64,000 bases of DNA from Eledone cirrhosa (lineage: Eukaryota): positions 305,722,001 through 305,786,000 of the forward strand of contig OZ024741.1 of assembly GCA_964016885.1 (NCBI GenBank), read 5' to 3'. The notes under the pieces are model-generated. The model saw only the letters and a program-made list of their open reading frames with translations, ran no database searches and had not been told where the DNA came from. Shown here piece by piece: positions 13,731 through 27,128 of this stretch. Every line of letters begins with the position of its first letter. Position 1 is the first letter of the stretch. A program made the translations under genes and the position numbers.

Positions 13731-13921
13731 GGGCGGTGGATTGGCAGTATCGGTAGAGAGTCGGACGCCATGCTTTCCAGCATAGTTACGTCCCTTTATG
13801 GTCTGAGTTCAAATCCCGTCGAGGTTAACTTTGCCTTTCATCCTTACGGGGTCGATAAAATAAAGTACCAGTAATGCACTGGGTAATTGCTGGCCTTGTG
13901 CCAAAAGTAGAAACAATTATT
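13731..13921 (+). mobile_element. Young full-length ~190-bp tRNA-derived SINE with target-site duplication
   Basis: tggcagtatcgg A-box and gagttcaaatcc B-box; ATTATTACATAGTA on both sides. Confidence 0.9.
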
Positions 13922-14106
13922 ACATAGTATGTTGTATTTATATGCAAGTGTTGGTCATTTTCCTTAATAAAGTTGCAGGCCACATCACAGGCTTTATACG
14001 CATCCTGGAGTCCTTTTTGAGGCAAAGTCTTACAACCAAATGCTCTTCCAGGCACCAGACCTTTTAGTCAACTCTTATGATACACAAGGATATAGTGTAC
14101 CTACTG

Positions 14107-14310
14107 TAAACTGGATACACATGGCATTAAACTGGATATGTCACATTAAAGTGGATACACGTCACATTAAACTGGATATACAAGGCATTAAACTGGATAC
14201 ACAGGCCATTAAACTGGACACACGTCACATTAAATTGGATAAACAGGGCATTAAACTGGATAAACAGGGCATTAAACTGGATGCACATGGCATTAAGCTG
14301 GATACACACA
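14107..14310. repeat. 21-bp tandem repeat, ~10 copies
   Basis: Unit ~ggcattaaactggatacacaN. Confidence 0.9.
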
Positions 14311-14501
14311 GCTATCTAAACCAGCTACAGATAGTTATCTAAACTAAAATTACTTGTTAAAGCAGATACACACAGCCTTTTAAAACCAGATACACAGGAT
14401 TTATAAACAGCATACAGTAATATGGAAAAGAAAACAACAACAAAACAACGCATATTATCAATTGGAATTTGCATTTAAATAAAATTGGAAAATATAACTA
14501 C

Positions 14502-14580
14502 CCATATTGTTCATTTTGTTCATCTGGACTTTCCATCATTTCTCTGCTTTCATCAGCCCCAGGTTCAAGGTCAACAGGTT
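14502..14580 (-). CDS. CFAP92: CFAP92-like exon, acidic linker (EPVDLEPGADESREMMESPDEQNEQYG)
   Basis: ttttgaag acceptor, GG|gtagtt donor, phase 1 in and 2 out fits the chain; little homology support. Confidence 0.55.
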
Positions 14581-15760
14581 CTTCAAAAGTCAATAAAATA
14601 TTCTTGTTTTCAATAAAGATATATGTTTTTTGATCCAAAACTTACTTTTCTATTAGAGTATATATTAAGGTATATATTCTATTAAGATTATATATCGTCG
14701 TCATCATCACCGTTTTATACCTGCTTTCTATGCTGGCAAGATCTAAATAAGTTATCACTGTCTGAGACTAGATGAGATCATGGGGACTACATTTTACTTA
14801 TATATTCCATTTTGGCATGGTTCCTACAAAAGATGACATTCCTAATGCCAATAACTTTATAGGGTGTCCTGAGTTAATTTTATTGTGAGACCAGCACTTA
14901 CACTTTACAGAGTGTACTGGGTGCGTTTTATCAGGGCACTGACACTCACACTTTACACAGTGTACTGCATGAATTTCATCATAGCACCAGCACCATAACT
15001 TTACAGAATGGTCCGAGTATGTTTTATTGTAGCTTCCTCACAAAGGGTACTGAGTGCAATTTATTAGTGGCACCAACACTAATACTTACAAAGCAACGGC
15101 AACAACAGCATAAAGAACAATAATAATGCTTTCTTTATTCAATAATAATAACAACAACAATGATAGTCTCAGCACAGCATCAACAACAATGCAAACATAT
15201 ACATGTGTGTGTGTGTGTGTGTGTGCACATGAGTGTGTGTGTATGCATGTGTATATATTCTGAAAAGATGGAATAAATTTAAATTAATCAGTTGATTAAC
15301 CAAATGATTGATGTATTAATTACCAAATTAATAATATAACTGAAGTGAAACTCAATCTCAATCAGTGCTGCATGTGTTTTTTATTGGCAGCATGACCCTC
15401 CCAAAATATAACATCTATTTCAAAATACAATTTCACATCAAGAATCTTGCAACACAAATACAAAAATGAAAACATATTCTCATGATTTTACTGTTTTCTC
15501 CCTCTCTCTCTCTTACTATCTCTCTCCTACTCTCTCGAACTGCTGTTGGGATTTGTGCTTTGTTGTGGTTGTTGTTCTTGTCTAAAAATAGATACACTGA
15601 TAGATATACATAAATAGATAACTCTAGACTGATAGTCAGACACAGAGAACAAGAGGGATGAGAAAAAGAAAGATGAGAGGGGGTGAGAGAGAGAAAAAGA
15701 GGAAGGTGCAGATATATAGATTGATAGACAGACAGACAAATAGATAGATAGATAGATAGA

Positions 15761-18700
15761 AGCACCACAAATGGGTTGTTTAATACCCCGTCGATAGAAC
15801 AACCCTCAACTCCAGGAGCGTGTTGTGCAAGTGCTCCTTTCTTCTTTTTGCTCTCTTCTTCAACCTACAGGCTTATAAACAGAGAAGGCCCAATCACTCG
15901 GGCCATTTTCGCTTCATTCACCCACCTTTCAGTAAATTTACTGGGGTGCAGTGCCTCTCCACTCTGATTCTCCTTCTAAAGTGATACTTAAAGATGGGAA
16001 TCAATTGTTGTCCGGAGAGAAAGGCATCTGTCCTCAGTCCTCTCATTCTAGCCCACCATATAACTTCTTTCACCATAGCCACTGTAGAGGAAAACCGCCT
16101 TTCTTTCGTTTTTGAAAGAGGCTGGCGGTTTGATCCTTACTATGGACTCGGCAGTCAACTGGATTTGTCCCATACGCGACAGCAGTTGTTCTGCATAGTT
16201 CCACAGGGCAGTGTACAATTGCGTGCAGGACTGTTTCGAACTCCTGCGCGCATCTTGGACACGTCCTCTTGGAAGGATCCCTGCTGGGGCGTCCGTGTCT
16301 GTAGATCTTGTCACAAATTGGTAGAGCTCCTCGGTAGCACTGCCAGGCCAGGGACGTCTGGAAGTTGTCCATAGGTCCTGGGCGGAAAGTCCTACCAAAC
16401 AGACTGGTGAGCTCATCGTCTTCGACGCCCAGAGTTTCTCCGAACACGTCGTCGCTCTTGTAATATACAATCCCTCTATAGAATATCCAAGTGGAGTCTC
16501 CACTGATTGCTGTGCCTGCTTGCCAGAGGACTGTGAGCGCCTGAGTGCATTCAATGTTCCAGGCGCCCATTGTTTTCGGTCTTTTCTTGACCCAGGACTG
16601 CAGCTCCGTCAGCGAGACGAGCTGCGGGAAAGCCTGTCTTACAAACGGTGCCCACACCGGTTGGGAGTCGGTGAGGAATACCTGGAGATGCCTCAGCCTC
16701 AGCGCATCATCAGCCACGGCATTTCCAGCCCTCCGTTGGAAGGGTGTTGACAGCAGACGGATTTCCTCACCAGCGGAGCCTGCTTCTTCCACAGAAACTG
16801 GAAGAGCATGCGTTCCATCTTGGCGAGGTGTTCATGGAGACAAAGTACTACAGTCAAGCGGTAGTAGATGACGGATGCTATGAAAGTGTTCACCACCTCC
16901 ACTCGACCTTTCAAGGCTAGTTTGCACTCTGCCCACTTCTGGGTGAGCGCAAACACCTTGGCCATGACCTCATTCCAGTTTTTCTCCACCTGGAGGTCTG
17001 GACTGAACCAGACCCTGAGCAATTTCACCGGTCCGTCCAGCGACGATGTCGGACGTCATCGGTTTGCCTCTCCACGTACCAAGTTGCAAACCGACAGACT
17101 TGTCCGGGTTTAGTTTTGCTCCCGTCAGCGTTTCTTTCAGTAAGTTGCCGATCACCCCGATTTCCGAGGTGCTCGACACCATTACAGTCACATCGTCGGC
17201 ATAAGACGACGCCGCTTTGCGCAGTCCCAGTTCTAGAGGGATGCCCTGCAACAGCACCAATTTCCGCAGTAGTGGCTCTAGAGTCAATACATACAGAATG
17301 GAGGAGAGAGGGCACCCCTGTCGAATGGAATGCGTGATTGCGAATAGCTCCGATAGGTAACCGTTCACCTTGACCCTCGAGCAGATGCTGGTGTGCATCG
17401 CCTCAATCCAGCCTCTGAAAACGGGACCGAAACCGGCTGTCTTGAGAACCGCTTCGAAGTATTGATGGTCGACCCTATTGATTGCCTTCGACTGATTTAA
17501 ATTGATCAGAGCCCCACCCTCTCTATGATGTATCGCATGAGGTGGAGGTTGTCGTGTATGGAACTGGTCGGGATTGCACACGTTTGCGCTTTCCCTACCA
17601 GTTTCTTGATGACAAGCACAACCTTGTAGCTAGCACCTTGGCCAAAATCTTTAACTCTGTGTTGAGCAGAGTTATGGGCCTGAAGTTGTTAATTTCGTCC
17701 CCCTTGTTCTCATCTTTCCTGATCAGCGTTACTACGCCCTTGCCTGCAGAACTGGGAATTCTCCAGTTCTGCTGCCAATTGCAGTAGATGGCTTTGAGGA
17801 TGCCAGAGAACAAGTCCGGCATGGCTATGTAAAACTCATAGGGTAGACCATGTAGACCAGGTGACTTGCGTTTCTCGCAGCGTCTCAGTGTCCGTGATTG
17901 GTCTTTCACAGAACTTGGCGTCCGTGTTCGAGAGACGCGGCAGGCCATCTAGGTATTAAATAAAGTCCATTGCCCCATTCGGCTTACCGTCGTTCTGCTC
18001 AAACAGTCGCGCAAAGTGCTGCTGAAAGGCCGTGCACATTCGCTTGGGGTCAAGTAGCATGCGTCTGTTTTGGTCTTTCAAAGACCGAATTGTGGACTTG
18101 TTGCCACTTTCTTTCTCCACCACTCGGGCTAAGCCGACAGCTTTCGCTCCTTCATTTCCTAAAGCACGTGTTTTGCATCTGACCACGCAGCCTTCGTGTT
18201 TCGCGTCGAAGAACTGATCCAGTGCCGTTCTCGATGCTAACACTCTAGCCGCGTTGCCACTTCTAAGTGCCTCCTCTACCTTGGCTACTAGTTCTCTTTC
18301 TATTTTGTTTTTCTCTAAGGCTAACTCTCTGCTAAACCCTATCTATTCTACTCTAATTGCTTTCTTAAGAGAGTACCACCATCTATTGTTGACGATGGCT
18401 CCCGTTAACTGCTGCTTGACTAGTCGACTTATCCGTTCCGTTCACTGTAAGCTTTACATGCCGGCAACGACACGTTCAGCTTCCAGTATCTTGGTCCCTG
18501 TCTAAGTATTCTATCACGGTTGACTAAGCAGATGACTAATTTGTGATCTGAGTAGGCTACCATGTGCATTCGTGGACAGCTTAACATCTCCTTGTCTCTT
18601 TCTTTAATGAAGAACCTATCTAAATACAATCTAGATGTCCCGCTGTGGTTTGCCCACGTCCACTGTGGTGCAGTCGGGAAATTCAGTCGATACCTATCGG

Positions 18701-21300
18701 CCAGTTGGAATTGGCCGATTAAAGTTTTGAGGCTGTTGCACCCCCCTCTACTGGGACATGCTCCCACATAGTCCCATCGTGCATCTAGGATACCATTCCA
18801 GTCCCCTACTAAAAGTGAGGAGCGACATGTTCCCAGAAAAGACTCTAGACGCTTAAAGAAGCCTGGCCGTGATTGCGATTGCCCGGTCAGGGCATAAACG
18901 GCTACCAGTCTGAAGCTCTCCACCTCCAATACTGTTCACGTCTAGGACTACCAGTCTACCCTCCGGGTCTAAGTGTACTTGCTGTACTTCGACGTCCAGG
19001 TTCTTCCGAAACATGACAGCCACTCCCCGCCCACCTCCTGGTTGACAGAGAGATGCGTAGATCTCAAAGTCGTCGAAGATGGGGGTTAGTTGCTGCCTGT
19101 TGTGGATCCTGGACTCAGTGATGGCTATCACATCCATACCGTGTGACCTAAGGTCGTTTAAAAGTTGGCCCTGTTTCCAGGGCATCCCTAGGCCACGTAC
19201 ATTCACGCTTCCAACTCGTAAACTAGCCATGTTGGTGGAGAAGATTTGGCGAAAAGGACGAAAAGGTGCACTTACCTTTTCGTTTCCTGGATATCAGGTT
19301 GTTCAATCTCCATTTCAGTTCTGGTAGGGGTGTTGGGTGGGGTGGGGAAACATTTTAATAAGACGCGGTTAATAATAGGTTTTTGACAGGGGTTGCCAAC
19401 ATCCTGAGAAAACTGTTTTTTCAATTTTTGATAGGTTTCTATCGAAACACTTATTAGTTTTAGGTGTGGAGGCGATTCTGCTTTGACGAAAGTTTTGCCC
19501 TCCGTCTCCACCTTGGGGTTTTGGGAGATGACCTCTATCAAACTCTTGTTGTTTGTGTTGATGTATGCATATTGTTGTTTGTGTTTTTGTTGTGTTGTTT
19601 TAGTTTGTTGTTCGTCCGGGAGTTTTCTTTTTATGGTGGGTGCTTGTTTGGGGTGGTGTTGGTGTTAGTTTTGCTGGTAGGGGATGTTTGACTGTGGTGT
19701 TGTTTGAGTCTGTGGTTGTTTGTTGGTGTTGGTGATTGGAGTTTTGGGGGTTTTGTGGTGTCTCTTTTTTTGTTTTTTAGATTTCTGAGGCTCTCCTTCT
19801 TCTTCACTTACAGAAGGAGAAGCAGCCTCATCTGTCGATGAATAATCGTCAGGAGTGTTGGGTAGGAGTATGTTGTGTGGTGGTGGTGTTTCGGTGTGTG
19901 TGTTTGTGGTAGTGTTTGATGGAGTGGGATGGGATGGGGTGGGGCTGTGTTCTTCAGGGGTGTTGTCTGTGTTTTTTCTGTTGTTGTTGGTGTGAGTGGT
20001 TGTTTGTTTTGGTGTGTTTGCTCGTTTCGTCTGTTGTTGTACTTATGGTGGTGGTTGTTTTGGTGTTGGTGTTGGTAATAGTGTTTTTTTAATGATGATG
20101 TTGTGGTGTGTTTGTGAAGGACAGGAGGCCTTTAGGTGTGCTGTGCTACCACAGCGAAAGCAATGAAGTTTACGACCCTCCACCGAAATGTTTATTTTGT
20201 TGTTGTCGTCGATGACGACTTTTTCGGGTATTATGGAGATTCTCTTCGGCCTCATTTGCATCAGAATCTCCAAATCAGTACCCGCCCACCTTTGTCTAAT
20301 AGACTTTTGTATCGAAAGAATCATATCAGTCTCTGGCTCTACGAAGCCAGCCAAGATCCACCAGATGTTAATGTTTGGTGGTATATTTTTTATTTTTATT
20401 TTTTGTGTCCTTTTTCCCATGTACATAGGGAAAAAGGTGAATGCTTTTGACACCATTGGTGTCACAGAAAGTTTTTGGGCGAGAGCCTCACTTTTAAACA
20501 GTACAGAAACACTTCCGTACTGTTTTCCTCCTTGAAGGTGGCTTCTATATCTCCTTGACTAACAAATATTGGCTTTCTCGTTGTGTCAGAGACAGTCCTA
20601 AAGGTCACTGTCCTTTGAACTGTCTCTTCTTTTATTTCGAGGTGTGAGTTAATTCTAAACCCACCCCTGTCTTCGAAAGTTACAAATTTTCTCCCTTGCT
20701 TGAGCATATCTCTTGCATTGGAGATGTCAAGATTTATAAAATCTTGTTTTTTGTTCACTGTTTCAGTGAAAGAAAATATTTTTTTGTGTGGTGTTGCTGT
20801 TGTTGTTGTTGTTATCGTTGTTAGCCTCGGTGTTGGAAATCTCAATTTCTTGACGAGGTGAAACTTTATGTGTAGACATATCTATGGAGTTGTTGTTGTG
20901 GTCTTTTTCATGTGTATGTATGTTAATAGGTTTAATTCCTGTGTTTTCCTGTGTGTTATTTTTCTCCGCTTCGACGGTAGAAATTTTAAAATCTTCAAGT
21001 GGTATTATTATTTTTTTCTCTTTGTTGACAGTCGTATCCATAGCGACGTCCATAGTAGCAGGAGCTGATATAACGTTAATATCTGCCTCTCTACCTCTCT
21101 TCTCACTGTCAACGTTCTCTAGCGTTCTTTTCGAGTTATTCATGTTTTATAGTTCGCAAATTTGATTTTTTAAAACAATTTTTAAATTTAATTTTCAGCC
21201 CTAAAGGGGCAAAAAATAGGATTACCACCCAGCTGACAATTCAGCTTGGGGGTTAATCTACAAAATGATATGTTTTTTCAAACAATTTGTTCAGTTTTTT
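15761..21300 (-). mobile_element. Full-length but frameshifted L1-Tx1 clade non-LTR retrotransposon
   Basis: ORF1 pieces 21143-19272 with CCHC knuckle CFRCGSTAHLKASC. ORF2 from 19230: APE endonuclease (SVNVRGL, VGDWN, LDRFF, SDHK), RT (KSPGLHGLPYEFY, NFRPITLLN, RQGCPLS, YADD) and C-terminal CPRC...H...C. Both ends abut GATA/GACA microsatellite. Confidence 0.92.
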
Positions 21301-21506
21301 GTATATAGATAGACAGACAGATAGACAAACAGACAGACAGATGTTATTTTATTTATTGTCCGAAAATAGATTGATACATAGGTAGGTAGCTATCGATTGC
21401 TGTTGTTCCTACTGTTGAGCATATCGTCAACTATGTGTGAGAGAAAGAAGTAGGAAGGAAGATATCAAATTACCATTTCCCAAACAAATCTAGAATAAAG
21501 TGGTTG

Positions 21507-24500
21507 TGTAACGGAATATTTGTGTGGTTGTAACGATAAGTGGATGGATGTAACTGTTGGTATGGTGGTTTCGATGTAAAGAAAAATACCAGGATTGTGT
21601 TGTTACAAAGTTTATTTTATTATAACAATATTCAATTTGAATATTGAATGATAAAATCAATAACACAAAATATTCATACAATAATTTGGTGGCTCTTCGA
21701 GCCACGTAAATACAAGTATCACTGAATAAGATTATAATATAATTTGTACTGCATCCGAAAGATACAATATGTATAAACAGAAATGGTGCGTGTGAAAATA
21801 CAAACAGTGTGAACTTACTATGAATGCATGTGTGCGTATCAGTATATTTGCTTGTTTTAGTAGTAGGAGTCAGCGATCAGCCAGGGAGGCGAGAAAAAGT
21901 GACAGACTGGATTTTCGTGATGAGAGCTGTAAATGCGACTTTTCTTGTCTGTATATCACTCCTTTTCTGTCGGGGCGTAAACAACCCCTGTATTTATAAG
22001 AGTTGAAGTTAGAAGGATAGATATATCCTCTGAACTTTGGTTAGAGTCTCCCAAGGGATTAGTTTGCCAAGCGTAAACAACTCAGAAAGATGGATATATC
22101 CTCTGACCTATTTTATGTCAGGCGTAAACACCTCTGACCTGTGTTTAGCATATCCCAAGGGGTTAGTCTCTTGAGCGTAAACAACTTACTACGGCTTGTC
22201 CCAGAGGCAGGTAAGCTCAGATTCGGTTTTGAATCTTCGCCGCCATTATAGTACCCCCCTTCCAGTGAGAAAGCTAAGATTGAACGATCTAAGTGCATGT
22301 GAAATGAAGATAGGTATGACTAGGTGTATTGTTGAAGAAAATCAGTAAAAAAAAAAAAAAACACATGAAAGTCATTTACAAACAGGAGAAATGAAAGAAA
22401 ACATGCAAAGCAAAAGAAATTTACATGCAGGAAAATGTACTGTGATGTTACATAAAATTGAAAATGTTCGTACAAAAAGTTTGTTGATTAAAAGTTCATT
22501 CATTTCATAGAAACGTAAAAATGTTCTTTTGTCTGTTCTTTTGATGTGTGTGATGCACAGAGTTAATTGATTTGTGTGCAGCAATAGTTCATGACCACAG
22601 AAATTGGCCGATTCATTGAAATGTACAAATTAGCCGAAATGTCGACCAGATGCATAATTTGTACTTACCCGATAAACTTGTATGTATTGCGTGGGCCATT
22701 GGACTGTTCTTCCAGATTTGGTGTGTCGGGGTTGTGCAGAATTTGTCGTGTTTGTGTTGGGCAAAGTTGTTGGTGAGTCTGCTGGAGAAACGGTGGGTAC
22801 TGGTGGCAATTCCTGTTCTATGAACGCTCTTTTTAAACGATCAATGGAGACGGTATTTTGTTTCCCGTTCAAGTCGAGGACGAAATACTTAGGGCATTTC
22901 TGTATCACCTTATAGGGCCCGGAATACGGCGAAGTTGTGATGGAATACCGTCATTTCTAATGAAAACATGCGTCCATGTATCAATGTCTTTTGGTATGTG
23001 TGAAGTAACGTGCTGTTGTTTAGGGGCTGAAGGAGGCAGATGCGACATCGATGACCGTAAACGGTGCACATATTTTGTTGGGTCTGGAAGTTCTTGTGGC
23101 GAAACAGGAGTGATCATTTGTCCGGGTAGAGTGAGTACGGTGCCATACACCATTTCAGCCGGAGAATGTCCGACTCCCTCCTTAACAGTGGAACGAATAC
23201 CAAGAAGAATGAGTGGGAGGTATTCGAACCAGTTAGTGGAGTCTTCGTAAGCCTTGATAGATGCTTTTAGCTGGCGGTGGAAGCATTCTACCATGCCGTT
23301 AGTGGCAGGGTGATACGCTGTTGTACGGATGTGTTTGCACCCGAGGAGACGAGTCAGCTCGGTAAATAGGTACAAATCGAACTGACGTCCTCTATCCGTA
23401 GTGATGGTTGCGGGTGTACCGAAACGCGAAACCCAGTGAAACACTAGCGTTTTGGCGACAGTTTCCGCGGTAATATCCGTCAGGGGAAAAGCTTCTGGCC
23501 AGCGAGAAAATCGGGCTACACAGGTGAGAAGATGTGTGTAGTTGTGAGAAGGAGGCAAAGGTCCAACGATGTCTATGTGCACATGTTGGAACCGTGCATC
23601 AGGTGTTGCGAAAGAACCGATCGGGGCTTTGATGTGCCGGTGAATTTTCGCCTTCTGGCACGTGATACAGTTCCTAGCCCATTCGCGGGTGTCCTTGTTG
23701 ATGTTGGGCCACACAAAGCGGGCAACCATCAGTTTCTGTGTGGCACGGACGCCAGGGTGTGCCAGAGAATGCAGTGCCGAAAAAACGTTGCATCAATGTT
23801 TCCGGGGCACGTATGGGCGCTCGTGGCCTGTGGAGATATCACACCAAATATAACCCAAAGAAGAGAGCAGCGGGCATTCCTGCAATTTCAAGGATGATTT
23901 CCGGAGTTGCAGCAGTTCCTTGTCATTCTGTTGATCCGCTGCAATCTTCTGGAGGTCAATAGTGGCAGTGTTGTGGATTGTGTTAAGCTCCATGTGTGAG
24001 AGGGCATCAGCTGCTGAGTTGGTGGCACCCTTAATGTACTGAATATCAGTAGTGTACTGAGAAATGAAGTCCAGATGTTGGACCTCCCTGGGTGAGTGTC
24101 GGTCAGGCTTTTCATTGAACGCATACACTAGTGGTTTGTGATCGGTGTATATGGAGAACACACGACCTTCTAGCATGTGTCGAAAATGCTAGACAGCAAG
24201 GTATGCTGCCAATAATTCACGACGGAATGTGCTGTACTTAGTTTCGGCGGGTTTTAATCGCTTAGAGAAAAAAGATACAGGTCGCCAAATATCGCCAGAG
24301 AGTTGTTGAAGCACACCTCCAACTCCGAAATCGGATGCATCAGTCATTACACACATTGGGGCGTCAGGTTTGGGGTAACTCAGCATTGTAGCCTCGGTCA
24401 ACATTTTCTTCAACTCAGCAACACCGGTACATTCTTTTTCGCTGTGATTGATGTTTGCGTTTTTTTTTGTACGCTGCCGCAGCAAATCTGTGAGTGGTTG

Positions 24501-27128
24501 CGCTGTCTCTGCACAGTGGGGTATAAATCTTCTGTAGAAGTTTACCAGGCCAAGAAATTCTCGCAGTTTGCGGAGAAATGTTGGTTGTGGAAAATCAATG
24601 ATGGATTTGACTTTCTCTTAGGTGGGCAAATACCATCTTTGTCAATGATGTGTCCCAGAAAATGAAGGGACGCAACTCCGAACTCACATTTGCTGGGGTT
24701 GATAACAATTCCGTAATCACGCAAACGTGTGAATAGGATATCTAGGTATTTCTCATGTTCTTCATCGGAGCTGCTGGCCACCAGTAAGTCGGCAATGTAT
24801 GCGTATACAAAAGGTAGACTTCTGGTGACTGTATCGATGAATCTCTGGAATGTCTGCGCTGCATTTCACAAACCGAAAGGCATACGCAAAAATTCGAACA
24901 TTCCAAAGGGTGTTGTGACGGCAGTCTTTGGAATATCTGCGGGCTCAACGGGTATCTGATTGTAAGCTCGCACAAGATCGATCTTCGAAAATATGCGAGC
25001 CCCGTGCAGTGAGCTAGAGAAATCCTGTAGATGAGGCACTGGATAAGAGTCAGGAATGGTGCAGTTGTTCAGTGCACGGTAGTCACCACAGATTCGCCAG
25101 TCGTTCGATGACTTCTTGGGTACACAGTGTATGGGTGAGGACCAGTTGCTGCTGGACGGACGTATGATGCCGAGATCCAGCATGTGCTGAAATTCTTGTT
25201 TGACGGACTTCAGCCAGTCTGGTGGTAGCCTTCTAGTTTGTGCAGCGACAGGTGGGCCGTGTGTTTTTATGTGGTGTGTGACGTCAAGTTTTACAGGGCA
25301 AGCGTTGAATAGTGGTCGAGCTACGTCTGGGTATTTGTTGTTGATGTGGTTGTGCCGGGTTGTTGTTGTCGAACGTGAAATGACTGGACTGACTGTGGCT
25401 GTCCTAGCGGCTATGCCGCACACAGCGAGACCAGTAGAGTTGTCAACGAGTTGTTGGTTTTTCAGGCCCACTAGCAGCGAGAAGTGCTGAAGAAAATTGG
25501 CTCCTAAAATAGGGGTCGGCAGCTTAGCCACAACGAATACCCACTGGAAAGTGCGGCGTAGTCCAAAATTTAGTGTCAGGGACTGTTCTCCGTAGGTCGG
25601 AATATGTGAGTGATTCACCGCCTGGAGCCAGGCTGGTGTCTCTCTCCTTTTTCCAGGAATGCAGGAAACGGGGATGATGCTGACTTCAGCACCGGTGTCG
25701 ACCAGGAAATGTGTGCCTGTGACGCGATCCTGAATGAAAAATAGGCGACTTTGAGGACCAGAAACGTCCGTCACATTCAGTTTCTGGCTGTGTCGTTTCC
25801 CTGATTCGTTTTCGAAACAGATGAACAGGGATGGCTGCACTTTTGCGCTCGTCTCCCGAATCTTTGGTGGTACGAACACATTTCTGGTGAATCCCGAGAT
25901 GCACTCGGACTTCTTTAGCGACCACCAAATCAGCGAGTTCGACTGTTGGACTGACAAGGCCTGTATCTGTGTTGCTTGCTGTGCCAGTAACAGGTGTAGA
26001 TCGGGCATCTCTGTGGCACTGGAGGGCTGAAGGAAAGGATTGGTGGGAGGCACGGCTGGCGTCACATTCGCTGAAGTTGAGTGCGGATGTGGTACCTCCA
26101 TGATCTTATATCTGCCAGCTCAGCGAGTTCTTCTATGGTGGTGGACTCCCTGGTGAATGTTAGTACAACTTGTGTGGCAGAAGGCAAACGCTGGAGGAAG
26201 AGTTGCTTGAAAATTTTATCCGGGAGTTTATGTTCTCCCAGGAGCTGCTTCATTTGCAGTAGGAGTTGCATCGGCTTTTTATCTCCTAATTCCTCCGATA
26301 TGAGGAGCTGGTGCAAACGCTTCTGCTGCGACTTCGACGTCCGCTTAACTAATGTTCTTTTAAATGTGTCATATGACACAGAACTGGGTGGTGCTAAAAT
26401 GAGGTCTCGATCCGCATTCATAATCTCCGGAGACATCGAACCGATGACATGTGTGAGATGGGATGCCTCGCTCACGATCTGGTTCAATGCGAACTGCGCG
26501 AACCACAGTGTTGGATCGTGCACCTAGAATGGTGGAATTCTTAATGTAAATGCCACCCTGACTGCCATTTCTGCCGTAGATGAATCGTCGTGTGCTAGAG
26601 ACATCGTTTATAGTGGATGATCAGAAGTTGTGTGTCTGTTTTACAGGGTCACCAGTCGTAACAGAATATTTGTGTGGTTGTAACGATAAGTGGATGGATG
26701 TAACTGTTGGTATGGTGGTTTCGATGTAAAGAAAAATACCAGGATTGTGTTGTTACAAAGTTTATTTTATTATAACAATATTCAATTTGAATATTGAATG
26801 ATAAAATCAATAACAATAATTCGGTGGCTCTTCGAGCCACGTAAATACAAGTATCACAGAATACGATTATAATATAATTTGTACTGTATCCGAAAGATAC
26901 AATATGTATAAACAGAAATGGTGCGTGTGAAAATACAAACAGTGTGAACTCACTATGAATGCGTGTGTGCGTATCAGTATATTTGCTTGTTTTAGTAGTA
27001 GGAGTCAGCAATCAGCCAGGGAGGTGAGAATAAGTGACAGACTGGTTTTTCGTGACGAGAGCTTGTAAATGTGACTTGTCTTGTCTGTATATCACTCCTT
27101 TTCTGTCGAGGCATAAACAACCCCTGTA
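21507..27128 (-). mobile_element. Ty3/gypsy LTR retrotransposon 1 (decayed; 5' LTR truncated)
   Basis: 3' LTR 21507-22250 with PPT ggaagggggg; partial 5' LTR 26657-27128; PBS TGGTGACCC at 26646-26654. Gag (WFAQ...LGDKKP), protease [12 protein letters not shown] ([20 protein letters not shown]), RNase H (TDASD), integrase (HIDIVGP, TDRGRQF, NGMVE). Confidence 0.95.
22700..26586 (-). pseudogene. gag-pol of gypsy element 1, disrupted by stops and frameshifts
   Basis: ORF fragments 26062-26523, 24866-26101, 24542-24781, 24189-24485, 23793-24176 and 22905-23729 in Gag-PR-RT-RH-INT order. Confidence 0.9.

Noticed and set aside
13731-13830. tRNA genes
   Set aside because: A/B boxes belong to multi-copy SINE heads; no cloverleaf is evident.
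14040-14342. ORF with IKLD repeats
   Set aside because: Translation of a 21-bp tandem repeat, with no splice or homology support.
15776-26527. Numerous plus-strand ORFs over the Tx1 and gypsy 1 elements
   Set aside because: Antisense shadows of GC-richer retroelement coding sequence.
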